A stretch of 64,000 bases of DNA, taken from positions 250,815 to 314,814 of IMG/VR virus record IMGVR_UViG_3300046692_000091. One strand, written 5' to 3'. This document shows positions 1-8,620 of the stretch, in pieces. Position 1 is the first letter of the stretch. Each line of letters starts with the position of its first letter. The notes under the pieces are model-generated. The model did no database searches, was not told where the DNA came from, and saw only the letters and a program-made list of their open reading frames with translations. Position numbers and translations under genes: made by a program.

Positions 1-2
1 TC

Positions 3-329
3 GTACCGAAAAGCGAAACTCGATTCACCCCGACTGAGATCGGCGAGTTCCTGTTCCATCACACCAAGCGTGAACCAGCTCGTTTGGAAGGTTTGGTCAT
101 TACCTGGAACGTCGATGCCTCTAAGGCACGTACTGTCAACTTCAAACATGGCACGACACTCGACCTTACACTGTCAGCCCAAGTCCACTGGAAAGAAGAT
201 GCGAACTTCGTGGATTTCTGGGTAGAGCAGAATATCAATGAACTTGCACACTTCGATGTCCAACGTTTGATTGCCTTCCATTTGACTGACGCATACAAAC
301 AAAAGATCCAAGCGCTATGGGATCGATGA
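3..329 (+). CDS. 3' part of a conserved hypothetical protein running in from before the window (phiKZ gp49 position)
   Basis: Frame is open from base 3 (VPKSETRFTPTEIGEFL...) to TGA at 327-329; followed by a terminator. Confidence 0.7.
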   Translation, partial: VPKSETRFTPTEIGEFLFHHTKREPARLEGLVITWNVDASKARTVNFKHGTTLDLTLSAQVHWKEDANFVDFWVEQNINELAHFDVQRLIAFHLTDAYKQKIQALWDR

Positions 330-384
330 AACAATACTGACGACCACAACACTCTGTGAATGTTTGTTGATGTGAAACTCTTGA

Positions 385-411
385 AGTGCTACTTCGGTGG
401 CACTATTTTTT
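385..411 (+). terminator. Intrinsic terminator
   Basis: AGTGCTAC-TTCG-GTGGCACT stem-loop followed by ATTTTTT. Confidence 0.8.
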
Positions 412-444
412 CCTGAGTATCCGTTGACGCCTACAGAGGTGTAT

Positions 445-2592
445 ATGGCACTACCAGAATTACCAAATCCTTTTATGTTGCCAACCAATGCGTACAAACG
501 CGATCTGGACATCATTGAAGGGGCAATTGCCGACAACGCAAGGTACTTGCAATTAATGACCTTGGCTGACTACGATAAGTGTGCAGTCTGGGTACGGGAT
601 CAATTCCGGGCAACCGGTAAGTTCCCATTGGTCGATCCCAAGACATTCGTTCTCGATAAGAACATGAATGGTGATCGATCTAAGAAAACAACTTCGTTCA
701 TGGGCTTCATCAAACGAGTTGAGAAACAGAATCTATTGTTGTCACCATCATTGACAGCATATCTGCCAGAATCCGTTCGCCAATCTACTCACGCTATCTA
801 CATCAAAGAAGGTGTAGCTAACCGTAAGAAGGTTAAAGGACAACAGATGGCAGCAGAACAAGATGGTGATTTCGAACTTGCTTCCGTCCGTAAGGGTGAG
901 CAAGAGAACTTCAAAATTAACAATAACTCCTATTCAGGAGCTACGGTTAGTGCTGCCACCATTCTGTACTACAAGTCTACTCACTCTTCATTGACTTCGA
1001 CCTGCCGTGTTGCAACGTCGTATGCTAACGCAAACAATGAAAAGTTCTTGATGGGTAACCGTCATTATTACAACCCGGAAATCACCAAGGCAAACTTGGT
1101 ATCGATCATTAACAACACCGACTATGTTTTACTACAGACGGCGATCGATAAGTACGAACTAGTTTACCCCACAGCTGAAGACGTTGTAGAGATGTGTCTC
1201 TACTCGACTAAGCATTACTGGCAGAACCGTGTGTTCACTCAACACATCCGTCAGATGGCTATGGGTATGACTCCAATCCAACGTGCAGCTGTTATGTACG
1301 TAGGTGATCTGTATCACCTGAATAAACACAACCCAATCCCAACTCGTCGGTTCTTGGAATCGATTGCTCAGATTGGCGATAACACAAACACCATGTCCCA
1401 GGAAGAATACGATAGCATTCGCGATGGTGACTTGAAGTTGTTGGTCAAGTTTCTGTGTTTCGAACAAGTCCGTGGTCGTTCTGATGAACGTTTGGAGAAA
1501 GAGAACCCTGAGGTCTTCGATCTGTTGCGCTCAACCTGTAAGACGGTTGTAGACGGTCTAGACTATCATCGTGATCTGATCAACGCGTTGTATCTGACTA
1601 AGAACATTCCTCACTCGATTCATGCATTTAAAGACTCGTATCGTCGTGCTGCAGTTATCTCTGACACCGACTCTACAATGTTTACGATGCAGTTCTGGGT
1701 AGAAGAGTTCCACGGTCGTATCTGCTTTACTCCAGAAGCTAAACGTCTGGTGTTTGGTCTAGTGTTCCTGGTATCTGAAGTTGTAATGCACATCCTGGCG
1801 ATTCAATCGGCCAACATGGGTGTGGGTGAAGACAAGCTTCGTCTGCTGGCGATGAAGAACGAATACTACTTTGCTGTGTTGTCATTGACGACTCGGTCGA
1901 AGCACTACTTTGCATCTCAGGATGCGGTAGAAGGTATCATGTTCGAAATCTCTCGAATGGAAGTTAAGGGCGTAGGTCTACGAGATTCTAAGGTTCAGCC
2001 GTTCGTTAACAAAGCGGCTAAGAAACTGATGGGTCACATCATCGATTCGGTGAAGACTGAAACTCCGTTGGATTTGCCTTCGATCCTGAAAGACATCGCT
2101 GATATGGAACGTCGCATTTACGTTTCTGTTCGTACAGGTAAAGCAGAGTATCTGACCACTGGTCAGTGCAAACAAGCGAATGCCTATAAGTCTGAAGAAG
2201 ACAACGACACGTATAAGAAGTATCTGTTCTGGAAAGATGTATTCGGTCCATCGTACGGTGAAATCCCACCACCACCATATTCGTTTGTTAAGATCTCGCT
2301 TACGGCATCTAACCGAACGAAGATGAACGAGTGGTTCGATAGTATCGAAGACAAACGTCTTGGTATGCGACTGAAGGAATGGGCACTGGCGAATAACAAG
2401 ACAGGCTTGACCTCGATTAACGTTCCTGCTTCTGTTGTAGAAAACATGGGCGTGCCAGAAGCGATCACTCGTGTAGCTGACGTACGTACCATTATCTCTA
2501 ACACCATGGGTGTGTTCTATCTCATCATGGAATCCCTGGGGATCTTCCTGATTGATGCGAATAACTCCCGTCTGATCTCGGATTTCTATTAA
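445..2592 (+). CDS. Split family-B DNA polymerase, C-terminal catalytic half (phiKZ gp50-like)
   Basis: PolB motif B-like Q..FKINNNSYSG, motif C VISDTDS and EVKGV. ATG 445 has a GAGG SD; the track's GTG 397 lies inside the terminator. Confidence 0.88.
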   Translation: MALPELPNPFMLPTNAYKRDLDIIEGAIADNARYLQLMTLADYDKCAVWVRDQFRATGKFPLVDPKTFVLDKNMNGDRSKKTTSFMGFIKRVEKQNLLLSPSLTAYLPESVRQSTHAIYIKEGVANRKKVKGQQMAAEQDGDFELASVRKGEQENFKINNNSYSGATVSAATILYYKSTHSSLTSTCRVATSYANANNEKFLMGNRHYYNPEITKANLVSIINNTDYVLLQTAIDKYELVYPTAEDVVEMCLYSTKHYWQNRVFTQHIRQMAMGMTPIQRAAVMYVGDLYHLNKHNPIPTRRFLESIAQIGDNTNTMSQEEYDSIRDGDLKLLVKFLCFEQVRGRSDERLEKENPEVFDLLRSTCKTVVDGLDYHRDLINALYLTKNIPHSIHAFKDSYRRAAVISDTDSTMFTMQFWVEEFHGRICFTPEAKRLVFGLVFLVSEVVMHILAIQSANMGVGEDKLRLLAMKNEYYFAVLSLTTRSKHYFASQDAVEGIMFEISRMEVKGVGLRDSKVQPFVNKAAKKLMGHIIDSVKTETPLDLPSILKDIADMERRIYVSVRTGKAEYLTTGQCKQANAYKSEEDNDTYKKYLFWKDVFGPSYGEIPPPPYSFVKISLTASNRTKMNEWFDSIEDKRLGMRLKEWALANNKTGLTSINVPASVVENMGVPEAITRVADVRTIISNTMGVFYLIMESLGIFLIDANNSRLISDFY

Positions 2593-3392
2593 TGGATTTT
2601 GAAACGCTGCATCCTTTGCCACAAGACATCTATGCACGGGTTGTTAAAGAACTTCGTCGTATCGAGACAGATTACAATGTGACTGTCTTGTACGCCTGTG
2701 AGTCTGGCAGTCGTGCATGGGGCTTTGCTTCCATCAACAGTGATTTCGATGTACGCTTTGTCTATGTGCCGAAGATTGACTGGCACTTGGATATCGACAA
2801 GCAACGGAACGTGATCGATTCACAGATCCCAGAGTTCGATCTGGACATGAGTGGGTGGTCCTTGGGTAAAACCTTGGGCCTGTTGCGTAAGTCTAATCCA
2901 GCTCTACTGGAATGGTTGGGTTCACCGCTGGTGTACATGTACCGTCCAGAAAGACAGGATCTGAAAGAACTGGCTCTCCGTCAATTCAATCCTGATGCAG
3001 CATTCAACCACTACCTGAACCTGGCTAGTGGTACTTGGAAGCGTTTCATCTGGGATCATGATGACGTCATCTATAAGAAGTACTTCTACGCACTCCGTCC
3101 GTTGTTCGCAATCGAATGGGTGTTGAAGTATGGAATGATGCCTCCGACCGAATACGAGAAACTAGTTGCTGACTTCTCACCATCGCCAACATTGCAAGCC
3201 GCAATGGATGAACTGATGGCATTGAAGATGTCCGGTGATGAAACCCGTGTCGGCCCACGTATCCCAGAATTGGATAACTTCATCTGGAACCAGTTGGATA
3301 AGTTCAAAGGCATGTTGGTTAAAGCACCAGAAAAGCCTGACGATGAACCATTGAAAGAGTTCTTCCGTAAGACCGTTCGCAAATACGATTGA
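2592..3392 (+). CDS. Pol-beta-superfamily nucleotidyltransferase (RlaP/YcgL-like, PF10127-type)
   Basis: YACESGSRAWGFAS.NSDFDVRF (GS + DxD), D(L/M)SGW, LLRKSNP.LLEWL.SP and KKYFYALRP are typical of this family; start overlaps the polymerase stop (TAATG). Confidence 0.85.
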   Translation: MDFETLHPLPQDIYARVVKELRRIETDYNVTVLYACESGSRAWGFASINSDFDVRFVYVPKIDWHLDIDKQRNVIDSQIPEFDLDMSGWSLGKTLGLLRKSNPALLEWLGSPLVYMYRPERQDLKELALRQFNPDAAFNHYLNLASGTWKRFIWDHDDVIYKKYFYALRPLFAIEWVLKYGMMPPTEYEKLVADFSPSPTLQAAMDELMALKMSGDETRVGPRIPELDNFIWNQLDKFKGMLVKAPEKPDDEPLKEFFRKTVRKYD

Positions 3393-3439
3393 TTCATGGC
3401 CTCACCTTCGGGTGGGGCTTATGTCCACAAGGAAACAAC

Positions 3440-3844
3440 ATGCGACATTTTCCACCTGATGTAATCCTGCATGTCGGTGACAAAGTAAACTTCATTGTCA
3501 ACGTGCAGATCAAACCAAATCTTGCTTTACCCTCAGAAGAACGTGACCATCACAATCATCTTACGGTAGGAAAGGCATACCCTGCGATAGTCGTCACTTC
3601 GAATTACTATAACACAGAAGTCGAACTGGTAAATGACTTGGGGGAAAATGCCATCCACTGGGCCGGATATGGTATTTGCCACGAAGGCATGAAAACCGTA
3701 ACATCACAAATGCCAGATGACATAATCCAAGCACGCAAGATTGTCTGGATTGATGGGATCGAAGAAAAGACCACCACCGAGTATAAACGCGTACTGGCTT
3801 CATTGCAAGAACAACGTGATCAAATCAACAAAGGTGAAATATGA
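3440..3844 (+). CDS. Hypothetical protein, SH3-like (HLTVGKAY..NDLG motif)
   Basis: AAGGA SD before ATG 3440; 134 aa; ATGA overlap with the next gene. Confidence 0.7.
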   Translation: MRHFPPDVILHVGDKVNFIVNVQIKPNLALPSEERDHHNHLTVGKAYPAIVVTSNYYNTEVELVNDLGENAIHWAGYGICHEGMKTVTSQMPDDIIQARKIVWIDGIEEKTTTEYKRVLASLQEQRDQINKGEI

Positions 3845-4245
3845 ACTATAACGTCATCTTTAAAGAAGGCGAGCCATGCAAGTGGCGTTGCATGGTAGAT
3901 AACGAATGCCGTGATAATGCAGAGGAGATCATATCTGCAAAGTGGTATGATGTTATCGTGGCAGCCACGCATGGTACCGCTATGACGCTCATGCTTACTA
4001 ATGAACATGGCAAAGAACAACTTGTCCCACATTACGCTTATGGCACCTGGGCGGACTGTTCTCAAATCGGTATCCTTAATCCAGAACTGGCTACTGAACG
4101 TATGCGCGCCTATGTTCAGAAACAAATTAACGAACAAAAAGCCCACCATCAAACTCGGATGAATAACCTGCGTCATGAGATGCGGACTATCAACATTAAA
4201 GGATTCGTAGATGAGCCAGCTGTACTTGTGGAAACTAACGCGTAA
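3841..4245 (+). CDS. Hypothetical protein, probable paralogue of 3440-3844
   Basis: 134 aa, coupled start; similar (G/A)K.Y..IV and L.N(D/E).G motifs. Confidence 0.7.
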   Translation: MNYNVIFKEGEPCKWRCMVDNECRDNAEEIISAKWYDVIVAATHGTAMTLMLTNEHGKEQLVPHYAYGTWADCSQIGILNPELATERMRAYVQKQINEQKAHHQTRMNNLRHEMRTINIKGFVDEPAVLVETNA

Positions 4246-4555
4246 AGGCGATGTAGATTACGATCAATTTCGTGGGATGGTTGTATGTGCATCATCAGAA
4301 GACCTAGCACTGCATCATATCGCTCGTGAAGGACGTTGGTCTACTGATACCGATAGATCCCTGGCTGATAAAGTTTCAGACATCTTAGAAGTAGGTCTCC
4401 CTACCTCGGTTGAAGAATACCTGGCTTACGAAATGAGTGGGTTCGATGAAACGGATGAAATGTTTCCCCGTGCACACTGGACAGTACAATGCATTGGTAT
4501 AGTGATGACCGGTATAACACCAGGAATAATTCTCTCCGACATGCGCCACGGATAA
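4211..4555 (+). CDS. Hypothetical phage protein
   Basis: 114 aa; YD.F.GMVVCA.SE..A resembles a common small phage protein family. Confidence 0.65.
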   Translation: MSQLYLWKLTRKGDVDYDQFRGMVVCASSEDLALHHIAREGRWSTDTDRSLADKVSDILEVGLPTSVEEYLAYEMSGFDETDEMFPRAHWTVQCIGIVMTGITPGIILSDMRHG

Positions 4556-4599
4556 CTAAAGAAATACCCATAACCCCCATTTAATGTAAGAGGTTTGTT

Positions 4600-5781
4600 A
4601 TGCACGATCCAATCGACGATGTAACGGAAGATGAAGAACTACTTATCTTTCACGCATATCTCGACGAACAAAACAAACTACAATCATCATTCGCAATAAA
4701 TCATACACTCAAGGAAAATGGACTCATGCAATCCCTCAATGTAGAAACTGGTTCCCAAGCTGCAGAACTCGCTGGTATCTCGGCTAACCAAATGCTGGAA
4801 ACCAATGATGGCGATGGTTGGTTTGAAGGTCAAGACATGCTGGATATTCTGGCTCAACCTACCCCAGAACTCCAAGCCGCTAAAGTACAAGAGATCCGTA
4901 CTTCACGTCAAGCTGATGCAGAACTCAACGTAATGGATGGCGCACAGGCTGCAGAGTTCGCATCCATCTCAGCCAATCGGCCGATCATTTCTTCCGGTGC
5001 TGTGCACGCATCAGTCCCGAAAGACTTCGTCTACGATACTGAAGGTACATTCCTTAAGCCTGTGGAAATTATCGGCATGACTGATGAGAAGAATTTCAGT
5101 GGTGCGTCACTGGCTGAAGCTTTCCTGCAAGCTAAAGAAAGCCTGGGTGGCGATGACGTAGTTAAAGAATCCCTGGAAGATGTAGTTGCTGCTACTGCAA
5201 CTAACTCCACCATCAAGCCTCTGACTAAGAAACAGCTGAAGGCACAGAAGCACATGCAAAAGAACATGCAGGGTTACATGAAGAAAGCGCAAAAACAAGC
5301 GCAGACTCAGCATATCCTGAACAAGCTGTACACCCACTCGATCCGTACCCCTGAACAAGCTCGCCAGATCCATGCAGCTCAGTTGGCTAAAGCTGAAATC
5401 GTCTCGATCCTCGGTCAGCGTCAAGCAGATGCATTCTTCGCTGCTAAGCCTGGTACCAAGTGCCATGACTTCTTCCCGAAGGCTACTGTTGCAGCTAACC
5501 CAACTCTGATGACTTCGGTACAAGGTGAATCCCGTACTCTGGAACAAGTCTACGAATACTTCATCTACAAGCACTTCATGCTGCTGAGCAAGAAAGCAGA
5601 AACCCCATTTGAAGGTGATCTGAATACTTCCGTAGATTGGGAGAACACTGAAGTTAAACCATACGTGGTTTACGAAGGTGCTGAAACTACTCAAATCGAT
5701 CCAGACGCAAAAGGTGATGACGTTGAAGAAGCACAGCCCGAAACCACAGAAAGTTCGTACGAAGAAGACCAAGCCGCTTGA
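4600..5781 (+). CDS. Hypothetical acidic/Gln-rich protein
   Basis: 393-aa ORF, GAGG SD, strongly biased codon use (CTG/TTC/AAC/GCT) like highly expressed genes. Confidence 0.8.
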   Translation: MHDPIDDVTEDEELLIFHAYLDEQNKLQSSFAINHTLKENGLMQSLNVETGSQAAELAGISANQMLETNDGDGWFEGQDMLDILAQPTPELQAAKVQEIRTSRQADAELNVMDGAQAAEFASISANRPIISSGAVHASVPKDFVYDTEGTFLKPVEIIGMTDEKNFSGASLAEAFLQAKESLGGDDVVKESLEDVVAATATNSTIKPLTKKQLKAQKHMQKNMQGYMKKAQKQAQTQHILNKLYTHSIRTPEQARQIHAAQLAKAEIVSILGQRQADAFFAAKPGTKCHDFFPKATVAANPTLMTSVQGESRTLEQVYEYFIYKHFMLLSKKAETPFEGDLNTSVDWENTEVKPYVVYEGAETTQIDPDAKGDDVEEAQPETTESSYEEDQAA

Positions 5782-5974
5782 TACTTACAGCCATCGCATT
5801 GGCCCAGGTAGTGGTTCAATGATCGCCTCGAAGGTATGGGGTAGCATTAAACGTGCACAAGTCGGTCACAAAGAACGTACGTTCTCTGAGTCGATGGATC
5901 GCGCTAGTACATTGCCAACTTCTGGGATCTTCCATCCGGAATATGAAGCGCATGATTGCTTGACGGTTTAACAG

Positions 5975-6007
5975 CATAAAGCCTTCCCCTAGGGGAAGGC
6001 GCTTATG
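5975..6007. terminator. Bidirectional hairpin between convergent genes (CATA...TATG type)
   Basis: Perfect 20-bp palindrome GCCTTCCCCTAGGGGAAGGC (5981-6000) flanked by CATAAA and GCTTATG. Confidence 0.7.
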
Positions 6008-7082
6008 TCAAGTCACGGATTAGGTCTTCTACATCTTTAACCAAACGTTGCATCATTGGCGATGAACCATTCATCTTAAGTGATTGCGAATGGATAGACT
6101 CACGGAGTTCATAAAGGATCTCGTTGGTCTGTGTCTTATCGTAACTGGGTGCTTGCTTTAAGCTATCTACTAGGTACTTGATGAATGGAACTCGCGCTAA
6201 TGCTAAGGCCCACTCGTTTTGCAGTGTCACAGGTCCCTTAGGGAGTTGTAGGACTTGATACAGAGAATCCTTAAGCAGCATAGGGGTCATCTGTGCAAGC
6301 TCTACCACCATGCCTGTACGCATTGTCCGTTGACTTAATGTATTCTTAGCCATGCCGTCTGTTACAGGGGTAAGGTCAGGAATATAGAAAGGATGCGGTA
6401 GTGGGTACTTGGTATTTGGCAACTTGTACGCCATGCGGGATAATCGGTTGAAATACGCAATCTCCAAATAGGATTCCAAGCAATTAACCAAAGCGTAGGA
6501 GCCAATGAATTTGTACATGTTAATCGCTTCGGGTTCAACTGTGCCGAAGTTGCTAAACACCCAGTGTCGATATTGAACCATCAGCATTGGAATGTTAATA
6601 AGCAGTACGCCATAGCCTTTACCCGGAGTACGGTTATTCATGATGGGTAAGTTGATATCACTACGAGAGTGATAAAGATAGCGTAAAGGTTTTAGATCCC
6701 TCCAACTAGCTTTCAAGTTAGTCGTAGGGAATCGTTCGATGGATGAGATCACCACTTCTTCACATTGTGGACCGAGTGTTGCTCCAGCCTCGAATATCTT
6801 TCCTCTATTAATAGCATCACATAGTCCAAGAGTTCGAGTCAGGCCTCTGGCTTGATCCTCTACCTTCTTGGCCCATGTGGCGTCATCACTCCGAAACTCC
6901 AATACGAAATGATTAATAATCATTGCGAGAAGATTTTTGCTGTCCACTATCTTAGGGAAACGCCGATAGTAGTTTGTTACGTCCTGGATCTGCTGCTTTA
7001 CTTGCCGCTGGATATAAGGACGTTTGGGATCATACGTGACCCCCTTGCTACCAATTGGGTCTTCTCTGAAGAGTGCGTACAT
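6003..7082 (-). CDS. Conserved virion/head protein (phiKZ gp52-like)
   Basis: 359 aa from MYALF; position just upstream of the chimallin block matches phiKZ-like synteny. Confidence 0.65.
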   Translation of the reverse strand: MYALFREDPIGSKGVTYDPKRPYIQRQVKQQIQDVTNYYRRFPKIVDSKNLLAMIINHFVLEFRSDDATWAKKVEDQARGLTRTLGLCDAINRGKIFEAGATLGPQCEEVVISSIERFPTTNLKASWRDLKPLRYLYHSRSDINLPIMNNRTPGKGYGVLLINIPMLMVQYRHWVFSNFGTVEPEAINMYKFIGSYALVNCLESYLEIAYFNRLSRMAYKLPNTKYPLPHPFYIPDLTPVTDGMAKNTLSQRTMRTGMVVELAQMTPMLLKDSLYQVLQLPKGPVTLQNEWALALARVPFIKYLVDSLKQAPSYDKTQTNEILYELRESIHSQSLKMNGSSPMMQRLVKDVEDLIRDLT

Positions 7083-7098
7083 GTGAATGTTCCATTGC

Positions 7099-7123
7099 AA
7101 AAAAAGTCAGATATATATCATTA
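7099..7123 (+). promoter_or_regulatory. Early (vRNAP-type) promoter candidate
   Basis: A-tract followed by TCAGATATATATCA; 14 bp identical to 24075-24088; resembles the phiKZ early TATATTAC motif. Confidence 0.6.
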
Positions 7124-7150
7124 AACTGCTAATCCCAGCTGTAAGGATTC

Positions 7151-8350
7151 TTGATGTTTACAAATGCTTATAAAGCAGCATGTGCTAATGGCTTCGTCGG
7201 TGACGTTGACCAGTTCATTACCGCTCTTCGTCAATCCCCGAAAAAGGAACAAACCATGGACTACGGTCAAACCAAACTCTCTTCTGTCTCCGCTCAGGAA
7301 CATGCTGTGAATAAAGTAACCCCTGGTAACGATTCCTTCATCCGCCTGTTGGCTAGCTTGTTTGGCCCAGAAATCTTCTCGAGTCTGCAGCCAGTTGAAC
7401 TCGATGTTCCTCGTCCAACCATGCAAGGTGTTGAAGACATGGGTATGTACCAGTTGCATCCTGAGTTGTTCATGTCGGAAAAGAACTATGAAATCCCGGA
7501 AAAGGTTGTTGCTTCTGGCCAACCAGAAACCATCCAGAACTACATCACCCTCAAGATGATTCCTGCCTTCCTGCAGAAACTGGCAGAAGCAATCGAGACA
7601 CACAAAGGTAAGGGCTTCGATCTGCTGCGTGAACAACGTAAACTGATCAATCGCCTGAACAAGCTGATGAGCTACCAAGCTCGTCCAATGAGCATTATCC
7701 CAACTGCAATCCATGACGAATACGAACTGGCGATCTACAAGAACTATGTCGCTCAACAGATCTGTTCGACTAACTTGACCTTGGACAAAGGCCTGGATCT
7801 GGTTAATGCCGCTGCAAACGGTCTGGCTGACCGTCAGGAAGCTTGCCGTATCAATGAAGAGAAGCAAGCAGCAGCCAAGTTCGATAAAGCCAAGCGCACG
7901 GCTACCGAAGAGGTACTGCGTGATCTGGTAAGTAATATTGGTTCTGTGCCAGCTGATGAACTGGCATTGCGTCTGCGTGGCATTGCTGAAGAGTTTGCTC
8001 CAGCCAAGCCAGTGGATGCCTTCAAACAAGGTTTCAAGGAAGTAATGGATGCAGCTGCCCCAAATCGTTCTGATGTAAAAATCAGCCTCGATCCAAGTGA
8101 TAGTCGTCCACTGGATAAGATCGTGCCTTCGTTCCAACGTCAGCTCATGGGTAGTCTCCGTACCATGACACCAGAAGACATTGCTCGATTGGTAAATAGT
8201 TCTATTGTTCCTGAAGATATCCGTGGATGGAACCCAGGCAATCGCGGGCAAACTAACCTGGGTGGTTTTCTCTGCCGCCCAAGCTTGCATCCAATGGATG
8301 GCCCAATGGGTCAAGGCATGATGTCCCATCACTTCGCTAATCGGGATTAA
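7151..8350 (+). CDS. Conserved hypothetical protein upstream of chimallin (phiKZ gp53 position)
   Basis: 399-aa ORF with phage codon bias; the start may instead be ATG 7256 (AAGGA SD). Confidence 0.75.
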   Translation: MMFTNAYKAACANGFVGDVDQFITALRQSPKKEQTMDYGQTKLSSVSAQEHAVNKVTPGNDSFIRLLASLFGPEIFSSLQPVELDVPRPTMQGVEDMGMYQLHPELFMSEKNYEIPEKVVASGQPETIQNYITLKMIPAFLQKLAEAIETHKGKGFDLLREQRKLINRLNKLMSYQARPMSIIPTAIHDEYELAIYKNYVAQQICSTNLTLDKGLDLVNAAANGLADRQEACRINEEKQAAAKFDKAKRTATEEVLRDLVSNIGSVPADELALRLRGIAEEFAPAKPVDAFKQGFKEVMDAAAPNRSDVKISLDPSDSRPLDKIVPSFQRQLMGSLRTMTPEDIARLVNSSIVPEDIRGWNPGNRGQTNLGGFLCRPSLHPMDGPMGQGMMSHHFANRD

Positions 8351-8377
8351 AATACTGACAGCTATCATTTAATACAG

Positions 8378-8515
8378 GAGATTGCCGAAAGGTTCTCGAA
8401 TGGTTAAGTGTATGGCCCGCACTCTAGGCGAGTTCACTTAAGTGTGTTAATGTGTGCTTATTATATAGCAGACAAACTCGTCTGAAACCTTAGCGCTTAT
8501 TGCGCTGTAGTTATA
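8378..8515 (+). ncRNA. Candidate structured RNA between gp53-like gene and the chmA promoter
   Basis: Several nested stems seen by eye (GAAA-capped hairpin; TTAAGTG/CACTTAA; three-way junction); no ORF; family unknown. Confidence 0.35.
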
Positions 8516-8524
8516 GCCTGAATA

Positions 8525-8554
8525 GAAAAAATCTCAGATCTATATTACTACTTT
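8525..8554 (+). promoter_or_regulatory. Early promoter of chmA
   Basis: GAAAAAATCTCAGATCTATATTACTACTTT contains the phiKZ early consensus TATATTAC; exact 30-bp copy at 18750-18779. Confidence 0.8.
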
Positions 8555-8620
8555 GAATCTATCCAGCAATTGAATAGACTCTTCTTGATCAAGAAAACGA
8601 AATCGTAAAAGGAAAGCAAC

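Noticed and set aside
397-444. GTG start and 16-aa N-terminal extension of the polymerase
   Set aside because: The GTG lies inside a terminator stem; ATG 445 has a proper SD.
8464-8515. Hammerhead ribozyme reading of the three-way junction (GAAAC linker)
   Set aside because: The CUGANGA core is absent and stem III does not pair properly.
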